NCBI GenBank assembly: GCA_048213135.1
Contig: PS015020.1
Location: forward strand, 574,055-638,054
DNA from: Reclinomonas americana ATCC 50394
Taxonomy: Eukaryota
Direction of reading: 5' to 3'
DNA: 64,000 nt
The stretch's first letter is position 1. Every line of letters starts with the position of its first letter. The notes below the pieces were generated by a model. The model was not told the DNA's origin, made no database searches, and was given only the letters and a program-made list of their open reading frames with translations. Positions 25,556 to 37,703 of this stretch are shown here, one piece after another. Position numbers and translations under genes: made by a program.

Positions 25556-26184
25556 CAACCCGACTGACAGGACGGCTATTCCCGTCAAAAAATGAAATCC
25601 GGCCAGAGTCGGCAAATCCTGAAAATGGATCCTCCCAGCTGTCGGGCGTGCCGGGAATTGTAGAGGCGGAGCAAAACAGAACGGGCGAGTTGTGCAGCGT
25701 GCTGGATGAGCAGGAACCTCAACTGGGCAAGAAGAAGCGGTAATCCGCCAAATCTGTCAAAGATATCGGAGGCTAATTAAAGAGAACGTCGACAGAAAGA
25801 CGGAAAGAAGAGGAAGCAGAGGTGGGAGAGGAATACGTACCCGCAGACCGGCTGCCGGCCAGAACAGACGACCTGGAAAAGACACGGCTGACAAGTCCAC
25901 AATTGAATGGTCAAATCTAGACGACATTACGAGTCATAAATTGACCCTCGACTTCTCTGCAAGACGACTGACGACACGAAATCGTTCTGACATAAATTGA
26001 CAGGCTCGCTCTGCCACGTAATCAGCGACTGAACGACATAGCCTCTTTTTCTTTCACTGACATACAACAGAAAGATGCATTTCCCGCACGACAAAACCGT
26101 GCGTCGGCTGCTACATAGACACGCTGCTGCATACATAAACCTTTTTTCCTTTCCCCCTCCGACGGGTATGAAATATAGTTCCTG

Positions 26185-27431
26185 TCAGCGCGCACGGCTG
26201 CTGCCGCTGCTGGGAGAGCCAGCACCGGTAGCCGCAACCACCGACGGCGCGGCATCCGTCAGACCGGCCTCAATCGTCATGTTTTCCAGCATTCTGTAAC
26301 AGAAAAAACTGTAGAGTGAGCAGCAGACAGACAACAACGGGTGACTGCAGCGAACGCAACGTTGGGTGCTTCATGACCATGGCGCGGTACTCCTCATAGG
26401 AAATCACACCTGCGTGGGTGAGGTGTGAGATCATCCCCTTTTCTCACCAACCGAGAGAGAGAGACACTCACTCACCATCCTTGTCTTGGTCGGCCTCATC
26501 AAAAGTCGCCGACACCAAGCGATCCAGCTGCTGCGGCGACAACCGCAGCCTGTTGTCGATCAGCGACGCCTCCAGCATCTTCACCAACTCGTGCTTGTGA
26601 ATGCAACCGTCGCGGTTCTCGTCGTAAATCTCAAAGCTGACTGCCAGTCATCGTCAGACGCGATGATGCAGAAGGGTGAGCGCCATGAAAAGATAGAGAG
26701 AGAGAGAGAGAGACGCAACACTTCAGCTTCTCCTCGAATGTGCTCTCCTTGGAGAACACTGACAGGCCGGTGATGAACTCGCGGAATGTGATTTGGCCTA
26801 AGGAGGGTAGGGTGAGGGAGGAGGGGGAGGGGGGAGGGGGGAGGGGGGAGGGGGAAGGGGGGGGAAGGGGGAAGGGGAAAGGGGGAGGGGAAGGGGGAAG
26901 GGGGAGGGGGAAGGGAGAGGGAGGAGGGCGAGAAAAAGAGAGGAAGGAGACAGGGAAGTTGGGCGAGAGGGGAGAGAGAGAACGAGAAAGTAACGGCGGA
27001 GATGGAAAGAGTACGGCGTGACGTAGGAAGGGGGGAAGAGTGAGAGCGAGGGAGAGGGGGAAAAGGGAGGGAGGGAGAATGACACAGCGGGCAGGAACTT
27101 GTCTCTCTCTCTCCATCGTTGTAAGAGATCAATCGCTTTCTCCCTATTGGTCTCTCTTTCTCTCCCTTTCCCTCTCTCTCGCACACAAGCTGACCATTCC
27201 GATCACGATCAAGCAAATCGAACATGCGCTCAAAGTACCGTCCCTCCGTCACACCCAACGCCGCCAGGAACTCGCGCTTCGAGATCAGCAAATCGTCCGT
27301 CTGTGTGCAAACCCGAGGGAAAAAGGCAAGGAAGAGGAGAAGTGAGTGAAAAGAAACAGCGAACAGAGCAAGCTGTCAGTATTATCCTTGTCTCTGCCCA
27401 TATGCGTGTCTGTCTGTGTGCGAGTGAGCAC

Positions 27432-27497
<66 letters not shown>

Positions 27498-28629
27498 CGT
27501 CGTACGTACGTACGTACGTACGCGTACGTACGTACGTACTTACGTACGTCTACGTCGTCGTCGTCTCGTCGTCCGTGTCGNNNNNNNNNNNNNNNNNNNN
27601 NNNNNNNNNNNNNNNNNNNNNNNNNNNNNNNNNNNNNNNNNNNNNNNNNNNNNNNNNNNNNNNNNNNNNNNNNNNNNNNNNNNNNNNNNNNNNNNNNNNN
27701 NNNNNNNNNNNNNNNNNNNNNNNNNNNNNNNNNNNNNNNNNNNNNNNNNNNNNNNNNNNNNNNNNNNNNNNNNNNNNNNNNNNNNNNNNNNNNNNNNNNN
27801 NNNNNNNNNNNNNNNNNNNNNNNNNNNNNNNNNNNNNNNNNNNNNNNNNNNNNNNNNNNNNNNNNNNNNNNNNNNNNNNNNNNNNNNNNNNNNNNNNNNN
27901 NNNNNNNNNNNNNNNNNNNNNNNNNNNNNNNNNNNNNNNNNNNNNNNNNNNNNNNNNNNNNNNNNNNNNNNNNNNNNNNNNNNNNNNNNNNNNNNNNNNN
28001 NNNNNNNNNNNNNNNNNNNNNNNNNNNNNNNNNNNNNNNNNNNNNNNNNNNNNNNNNNNNNNNNNNNNNNNNNNNNNNNNNNNNNNNNNNNNNNNNNNNN
28101 NNNNNNNNNNNNNNNNNNNNNNNNNNNNNNNNNNNNNNNNNNNNNNNNNNNNNNNNNNNNNNNNNNNNNNNNNNNNNNNNNNNNNNNNNNNNNNNNNNNN
28201 NNNNNNNNNNNNNNNNNNNNNNNNNNNNNNNNNNNNNNNNNNNNNNNNNNNNNNNNNNNNNNNNNNNNNNNNNNNNNNNNNNNNNNNNNNNNNNNNNNNN
28301 NNNNNNNNNNNNNNNNNNNNNNNNNNNNNNNNNNNNNNNNNNNNNNNNNNNNNNNNNNNNNNNNNNNNNNNNNNNNNNNNNNNNNNNNNNNNNNNNNNNN
28401 NNNNNNNNNNNNNNNNNNNNNNNNNNNNNNNNNNNNNNNNNNNNNNNNNNNNNNNNNNNNNNNNNNNNNNNNNNNNNNNNNNNNNNNNNNNNNNNNNNNN
28501 NNNNNNNNNNNNNNNNNNNNNNNNNNNNNNNNNNNNNNNNNNNAGTGGACTCCTTTACTTTGTTCTTCTGTCGTCTCGTGTTGTTCTGTCCACCTCCTTT
28601 CTTCTCTCGCTCTCTCTCTCTCGCACTTG

Positions 28630-28676
<47 letters not shown>

Positions 28677-29361
28677 ATGAGTGCGACCTCCGTCTTCGTC
28701 TCTCACTCAATGTATTTTGTCGGCCCCCTCTCTCTCACCCGTACATGTGTGTGTGTGTGTGTGTGCGTGTGTGTGTTTCTCAGTCTCTTTTACTGTTCGA
28801 CTGTGACTGTCTTCGCTGAATGCTCATCTTTCTCTGCTTCTCTCACTCACACACACACACACACACACACACTCTCTCTCTCTCTCTCACTCACACTCAC
28901 TCGCTCACACATACACACAGAGTGGGAGAAAGAGTGAGAGAGAGTGAGAGGTGAAGTCTACAGACTGTCTCTCAACCTTCCCTCCCCTCTTTCCCACGTC
29001 CCTCTTCCTCACGTCCCTATTCCTCTCTCTCTCTCTCCTCTCTCTCCCTCTCCTCCTTCTCTCTCTCTCCCTCTCTCTCTCTCCTCTGTGAGTAGTCCCT
29101 CGCCCAATGTATTGACTGCTTATTTTTCTTCATCACTCACCTCCGACGATGAGATCTTCTTGAAATGCTCATACAAGTCGCGCACTTGCTTCTCAGAGAC
29201 TGCGAGAGAGCGCGAGTGTGTGTGAGAGAGAAACATGGACATCACCGAACTCAACTCTCTCTCTCTCTTTCTCACACACAGACAACGAAACAGTGTGTGC
29301 GTGCAATGTACTCCTCCAGCTCGCGCTTCGAAAGCTCAGTCTTGCTGCTCTTGCCGCCCAT
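26185..29361 (-). CDS. CBL: Calcineurin B-like (CBL/SCaBP-type) EF-hand calcium sensor, N-myristoylated
   Basis: MGGKSS myristoylation motif; FKKISSSETDDLLISKREF; FREFITGLSVF; EEKLKFSFEIYDENRDGCI; TFDEADQDKDGVISYEEY...KHPTMLENMTI. Seven exons, spanning an N-gap. Confidence 0.85.
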
Positions 29362-29649
29362 TTCGTGAATGAGTTTGTTGCGCGCACAGGACGCGAGTGG
29401 GACGGTTGAAGTTTGTTGCGCGGGAAAATGCAAACGCGGTTGCGAAACAATTGCCACGCTGCAGTTTGTGTCGTGTTATACAGTGCCCTCTCTTGAGACT
29501 TTTTTGGCCGACTCTGACCGCCAGTGTGAACAACTTCACTTCACTTGTTTGTTGGTCGCCCATTGCAAAAATGCGGCACGACAAAAATGTCCCATCCCTT
29601 GACGATGACCATTGGCAAACCAACCACAAATATACAAACACATAACATT

Positions 29650-30200
29650 ACTTCTCCAACATGTACAGTCATCTTCCCTTTCAGGAGGCAAAGCCAATCA
29701 AACAGACGCTGAACTCGTTGAAGCTGGGTGCTGCAGTAGCGACGCGATGGATCTGGTTGCCCTGAGGCTGCGGCGCAGCTGCTGCGGGTGGGAGATTGCT
29801 TGCTCAGTTCTGGTTTACAGCGGAAAGCGAACATCGCATGCATATGGTCCGTCGGCAGAATCTCCACGCAGCACCTGTCCACCACTCGGCGCAGCTGGCC
29901 GCCCTCAATGCCCATCTTCTTCAGCGACGCCCGGGTAGTCTGCGCACACGATCCGACTTGCGTGAAAAACAATCGGCACGTACGTTACCATGGCCACCGC
30001 AGCGCAGCGCTCCATATGCATGCCATGGCCAGTGTGCGTTCGGATCTTCTCCACCAGCTCGGCATACTTCGGTCGTGCGCCTTCTGCAGTGCCCCCTCGT
30101 CCTTTGACGGTGAGCTTCACAATCAGCACCCTTGTCCAACGTCTGGTTTCCACAGTGCCAACTGGTCTTCTCCTGCGGCTGCTGCCGGCGCCAGTGCATG
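29650..30200 (-). CDS. Possible small SAM-domain-like gene or remnant
   Basis: Spliced segments KYAELVEKI... and TRASLKKMGIEGGQLRRVVDELSK resemble SAM helices. The start codon is unclear. Confidence 0.25.
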
Positions 30201-30256
30201 CGCACATTCAAGTCACTGAGCTCCTCCTTCTCTATATTCATTTTCTTGCGCTGCGC

Positions 30257-31313
<1,057 letters not shown>

Positions 31314-31444
31314 GGTGGGAAGAGGTGTGTGTTTCACTGCTCGCAGCGCACGACGGGAAGATTCGTTACTCGCAACCAACCATCGCCGATTCGAATCGCA
31401 TCTTGTTCACATATACAACTCCGACTCGCCCGCCAGCGACGAGC

Positions 31445-32165
31445 ATGTCTTCGACGTTGTTCGGCTTCTATGACACTCGCACAGGCGAAATGCTGCACCA
31501 AATGACCTTTGACTATGGTCACAAGGGCATTCTGTTGTTTCACGAGTGGGATGTGACTGAGTTGGGTCCTTTTGTGGGCTCTCTCCTGGCCTGGATGCTG
31601 CTGGCCGTCGCGCAGCAGTTTGTGCAGTGCGTAGTGTTGCCGTGGGTGCGACAGGTACGAAAACGTTATCACACTATACACACACACTCATGCGCTGCGT
31701 ATTCTCACGCGTGCACACATGTTCAGAGTGCTCGGCTGCATCGGAAGCTGCACAAGGGCCAGAGTACGTTGGGCGACAAGCTAATGGACTGTGAGGTGAA
31801 TCCACAGTTTGCGACACCAGAGGCGGCAACTCTCGAGTGCGCCACGGGCATTCAACCAGTGGAAAGCCCAGAGAGGCGTGACACTCAGCATGAGTTGTGA
31901 ACATGGGTTGATGGTGTAGGTGCTGCGCGCGCATGTAGCTTGCTAATCATGATATTCTATCCGCTGCAGGGAGTCTCCATCGGCATTGGTTCTGTGGTTG
32001 GCTCACTCGTGGCCAATGTGGGCCTTGGTCTGCACGGAGATCTTCGTGTACTGCGTGTCGACTGCCATGGCGTATGGCCTCATGCTGACCGTGATGATTA
32101 TGAATCTGTGGGTGTGGCTGGCCATCTCCATTGGCGTTGGACTGTCGTGGGCCATGTTCAGGTGA
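31445..32165 (+). CDS. Ctr/SLC31 copper transporter (copy B)
   Basis: MLHQMTFDYG...LLFHEWDV; AYGLMLTVMIMNLWVWLAISIGVG (MxxxM). Three exons. Confidence 0.8.
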
Positions 32166-32389
32166 TCGCTCAGCCATTAATGCATTCGTCATGATAGATA
32201 ATGTCATGTCGACGAACGCCAACGAACGTGCTCCCAATGTACCCAGCATGCATGGTGACCATATGAACGAATACGTGACCCAACGTAATCCACCTGTAGA
32301 AAACGATCGAGAGTGGAGCACGATTGCCGCTGGCCAAGAGATACATGGTTGACAGTGAGCGAATCAACAAGAAAGTCCACTTTACCATC

Positions 32390-35300
32390 AGCTGCCCCAC
32401 GTCGGCCCAAACCCATCGTACACAATCTGCGCATCTCGCGGATCGTCCGACGGGCAATCACACGCACCAGTATCGCCCTTGCTGGCGATAGTGAACGGGT
32501 ACGACAGGCGACCGCTCGCCGTTCGCTGCCTGTACGTGAGCGTGTGCAAAAAAAAATCAGTAACCGAACAGCCGTGCACTTAAAACGCCCCCCCCACCCC
32601 ACGCAACGAGCTGACGCAGTCGGCTGGTCGATTGTCACCATCGTTGGCGCGCCGGCACACCTCGAAGCGCGGCATGCTCTGGCGCCACTTGCTGCACACA
32701 ATATAGCGGGTCTCGATGCGGAGTCGCTTGCCGCGCAAGATCACCGTGTAGCGATCGTCGGGCGGCGTCGGGCCCATTTGCACATCGTTGATGTCGTGGT
32801 TGGTGAAGATTGAACTCATGCGATACGTGGCCAGGTCGACTGCAATCGTGTCGCCTGTTCCACAGAGTCAGACAAAGTGGGAGTGTCGCGCGCACGCGCG
32901 CGCGCCCACAACACAAACGCACCATCCGAGGCATTGGTGACGGCGGTCTCGATGGTGCGGAACGGGTTGCACTCGGCGCCGTTGCCGAGCACATCGCTGC
33001 CGAGCAAATGCACGTAGAGCACGCTGCTGCCGACGCGCAGACGGCCCGCTGTCATGTACGCCGAGTCGGTCGCGTCGATGCGCCCGCACACGGAGTACCA
33101 CTGTGCGGTCACTGCCGAAAAGTCAAACTGCAACACCAAGGTGTTTGAGTCGACCAGAGTCGACGACTGGTAGGTGGCCGCCACGTTGAGCCTGCACGAC
33201 AGTATGAGTACTGCGAGGAAGACTCTTGCTGCCTCCGTGTCTCCTCTTCCCCTCATGTCCACGCAACTCGCTCGCCTTGCAGCTAATGCTGCTGAGGACA
33301 AAGGCAGAGGCATCATCGGCAATGGTGTCCAAACCGTAGCCGTGCACCGTCAGCAGCTGCTGTGTGGCGCGCTGCAACTGTGTGGGTTCCAGGCGAGTGT
33401 ATCCATCTACGCATAGACCGACTGTAAGCCAGCCACCAGTAGGTGGCACGAGGAGTAGAGTCAGACGCACAGATTTGAAGCGGCACATCGGCCTCCGTGA
33501 AACCCACTCCGTCCGAGATGCGATAACACACGAAGTAGCGACCGGGGAGCGCCTTTTGGGTGTCCACCCGCAGTCTCCACGAGTTCCGCGGATCCGTGGC
33601 GGGAGAAGCAGCGGCATTGAATTGAAGGACCGTCACTGCCGTGTCCAGGACGGGCGATGGATCGATGCACTTGGTGGACGACAGCAGAACGCCGGTGCGC
33701 AGGGTGGCCGATGAGAGATCCGGCAGGGCGCAGCCGATCTGCGGCGAAAGGGAATGAATAAGCGACAAGGGAGGAAGGGAGGAAGGGAGAAGGGAGGAAG
33801 GGAGAAGGGAGAAGGGGGAAGGAGAAAGGGGAAATGGAGAGGGGGGAGAGGAGAAAAGGGAGACGGAAGGGGAAGACGGAAGGGGGGAAGACGGAAGGGG
33901 GGAAGACGGAAGGGGGGAGACGGAAGGGTGAAGACGGAAGGGGGAAGACCAAAAGGGGAAGGAGAAGGCCATCTTTCTCTTTCTCTTCTCTTCCACATCG
34001 CATTCCTCATTCTTCCCCTTCTCTTCTCCTTCTTTCCTCCTCTCTGTAACACTCTCTAATCCCGTCTCTTCTCCTTCTTTCCTCTTCTCCGTCACCGTCT
34101 CTTGTCCCGTCTCTTCTCGTTTTTCCCGTTCTCCTCTCTTCCACATCGCAAGCCTCTTTCCTCCCCCTTCTTTCCCTCTCTCTTCCCCCCCTCTCTGCCA
34201 CCCTCCCTTCTCTTCCCAGGAGCCAACATACCGCACTGACTACTTGGTTGTCGAGCTGGCGCAAGTACGCCGGCTGAAAGTACATGACGCTCCCTGCACA
34301 CCCAGCACCACATTTGAGTGAAAACACATCACACTGGCTCCAACGCAATTACACGCACCACCGACAGTGGCGGTGCGAATAGTCGACCCCGTCTGCAACC
34401 GACACATACACGAGGTCAGACAGCAGCGCCAACTTTGTCAATCCTCGCGCACACGCACCCCATCTGTGATCAGCCAAGACGTGCCCGACGGTCGCAGCAA
34501 CACATCCAACGGTACAAAGGACGACGACGCAGCAGCGCCATTGGTGCCGCCACCACCACCAGCGAGAGACGTCGACGATGATGCCACATTCGACGTCAGC
34601 GGGAGGATGTACAGGCTGTTGGTGGTCTGTAGTAACAAATCAGACGGCACGACTCAGTGCTCTTGCCCCGTCTGCCTCCACCACGCACCGCATCCACCGC
34701 GTACACTGTGTCGATGGTGGGCGAATACGCGATACCGCGCGGATCGGCAATGGCGGAGGACACGGAGGAGAGCGCGGCGGCAGCCACATCCAGCAGAGCA
34801 ATGCGGCCGAGACCGGAGAGAAGCAGTCGATTCTGCGCCATGAGAATGACCGCCTTGGGCGAGCTGTGCTCCGACATCAATTCGAAAAGTGGCACACGGA
34901 ATACAGAAGAAGAAGAACAACAGAACGCAACCTCACAGTGGCGCTAGCAGTGGAGCCAAAAGTCCACCCACTACCGCCCGAGATCAGTGTGCTCACCGAG
35001 CACGACGGCGGCGTACCGGCCTCGCACAAGCCGTGTCCCATGGAGCGAAAACGTGCACCCGTCTGGCGAGCCACCCGAACAACACGTAATCAGCACCCAT
35101 AACCACCACACGAGCGATTTGCACATACACAAACCTGCTCGGCGACCACCAACTGAATCGGATTCGCGAATGCCGCCGACAGCGGCACGTTGAACTGCGC
35201 AGCCGTCAGATTGAGACCATCGGCGCTGCCTGCCGCCCCCAGGCCCGCCAGCGTCGTGACAATGCCGCTGACCACCGAGTACGTGCGCACACGCGACGAG

Positions 35301-37120
35301 GAGCTGGTGGTGTCGGTGAACATGATGCGCTGGTTCGACGGGTCAAACGACAAGAACGCCGGCGCGGTAAGTCGCGCAGCCGTCGTCGTGCCATCCAGCG
35401 TTCCGGCCGTACCACTGGTGCTCCCGGCCGCCGTCGTCACCATCCCATCGGGCGCAATGCGTCGCAGGCGATTGGAGCCCGCCTCCGAGACCCACACCAC
35501 TCCATCGTCGGTCTGCAGCAAGCCATAGGGCGTCTGGAAGCGCGCCGACGAGTACGTGACATTGTCGGTTGTTCCGGGCGTGCTCTGTGCGCCCGCAAAG
35601 AGGCACACATTGCCGGCGGCTGAGATAAAAGAGTGAGAGAGAGCGAGGGGCGCAGACGTGCGAGCGGGCGCGTAACAAATGACAATGGAACCGGCGTCGT
35701 TGTAGGAGCTGGCCGAGGTGTTGCGCATGCACATGCGGTACTCGCCCGCGGAGACCGCGGAGAAGTCAAAGGTGGCCAGCAGGCGGTGTTGTGCGATGAG
35801 AATGGTGCTGCTGGCACTGGCGACCACACTGGGGGAGAGAGGGAGGGAAAGGGAAGGGAGATAGAGGGAGAAAGAGAGAGAGAGGGGAGGGAGGAAGTGA
35901 GTGAGTCAGTGAGTGAGTGTGTGTGTGAGTGAGTGAGTGATTGAGGGTGTGAGTGAGTGAGTGAGTGAGTGAGTGAAGGAGTGAGTGAGTGAGTGAGTGA
36001 GTGAGTGAGTGAGTGAGTGAATGAGTGAGAGAGAGAGAGTGAGTGAGAGAGAGAGAGTGAGTGAGANNNNNNNNNNNNNNNNNNNNNNNNNNNNNNNNNN
36101 NNNNNNNNNNNNNNNNNNNNNNNNNNNNNNNNNNNNNNNNNNNNNNNNNNNNNNNNNNNNNNNNNNNNNNNNNNNNNNNNNNNNNNNNNNNNNNNNNNNN
36201 NNNNNNNNNNNNNNNNNNNNNNNNNNNNNNNNNNNNNNNNNNNNNNNNNNNNNNNNNNNNNNNNNNNNNNNNNNNNNNNNNNNNNNNNNNNNNNNNNNNN
36301 NNNNNNNNNNNNNNNNNNNNNNNNNNNNNNNNNNNNNNNNNNNNNNNNNNNNNNNNNNNNNNNNNNNNNNNNNNNNNNNNNNNNNNNNNNNNNNNNNNNN
36401 NNNNNNNNNNNNNNNNNNNNNNNNNNNNNNNNNNNNNNNNNNNNNNNNNNNNNNNNNNNNNNNNNNNNNNNNNNNNNNNNNNNNNNNNNNNNNNNNNNNN
36501 NNNNNNNNNNNNNNNNNNNNNNNNNNNNNNNNNNNNNNNNNNNNNNNNNNNNNNNNNNNNNNNNNNNNNNNNNNNNNNNNNNNNNNNNNNNNNNNNNNNN
36601 NNNNNNNNNNNNNNNNNNNNNNNNNNNNNNNNNNNNNNNNNNNNNNNNNNNNNNNNNNNNNNNNNNNNNNNNNNNNNGTGAGTGAGTGAGTGAGTGAGTG
36701 AGTGAGTGAGAGAGAGAGAGAGAGTGAGTGAGTGAGTGAGTGAGTGAGAGAGAGGGAGTGAGTGAGTGAGTGAGTGAGTGAGTGAGTGAGTGAATGTGAT
36801 TACCCCGATCACAATCATCAATCTCTCTCTCTCTCTCTCTCTTCTCTCCCTCCTCACCTGGACGCCAAACAAGAGGAACCAGTGGCGGATGACTTGATCA
36901 CCACCGCCAGTGCATCAGCGGCGACATTGGGCAAGTTGGCGCCGAGAATCGCCACGCGCTGTGAGGCGCGTTGCCACACTGCGGGCGGGTACACGCGCAG
37001 ACGCACCAACTGCGGAAGCGCAGTGTCGCGCGCGAATCCGCGCTCGGAGCACAACACGCAGAGGAGGAGGAGGAGGGCGGTGAGCGTGCTGAGGAGGTGC
37101 ACGGAGCTGTACGTGCTCAT
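32390..37120 (-). CDS. Large secreted/surface protein with NHL-repeat beta-propeller, Ig/IPT-like repeats and a DUF1565-like motif
   Basis: Signal peptide LLSTLTALLLLLCVLC. NHL repeats such as FQTPYGL...VWVSEAGSNRLRRIAPDGMVTTAAG. Repeated GEYRMC/GRYFVCY/QWYSVC strands and the motif GSDVLGNGAECNPFRTIETAV. The 3' end is approximate; spans an N-gap. Confidence 0.75.
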
Positions 37121-37386
37121 CTGCGCGCCGCCGCGATTGCAATTGATAATTAATGATGACTCGAGAATACAAAGGAGAGCGGACATTGTCACGGAAACAG
37201 TATGGGATAAGAGTCGAAGAGAAGATGATACTTTCACTGGGCACGCACTCCAGAGAGACCGCAGCGCCAACCAATATCATGGTCAATATTAATTTTGTGC
37301 ACTCTCCTTTCACGTTAATTGCAATTGCTGGCGTTTTTGCAACGGTGGCTCGCAGCGTAACAAGCACGGACCAAGATGGCACAGAC

Positions 37387-37621
37387 GGCCGTTGGACATA
37401 GCTGATCAGCGCCTTGTCCCACAACGGGTAAAGGGTCAAGGGTCAAGGGTAGAGAAACAACGATTCCACGCGTGCGATGAGGCATATAGGGTAGAAAAAG
37501 ACGCTGATCACACTCACGAATCGGTTCAAGGGTAAAGGGTTGAGGAAGACACTGATTTCACGTGATTTCAATGCAAATGGACAAATTTAGGCAAGGCGCT
37601 GATCAGCTTTATCCAATGACC
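37387..37621. mobile_element. Non-autonomous DNA transposon (MITE), 235 bp, 30-bp TIRs, 8-bp TSD
   Basis: Left TIR GGCCGTTGGACATAGCTGATCAGCGCCTTG (37387-37416) matches the reverse complement of 37592-37621 at 26/30 positions. GCACAGAC is directly repeated at 37379-37386 and 37622-37629. Confidence 0.85.
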
Positions 37622-37703
37622 GCACAGACTTCCCTTAATGCTTTTGGTTTTTATACACATTGCGTTGCAAACACTCTCTCCGATCTCTCCCCTTCTAGTC
37701 CCA

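Noticed and set aside
37425-37545. AAGGGT repeats as interstitial telomere
   Set aside because: Few, irregular copies confined within the MITE; no canonical telomeric array.
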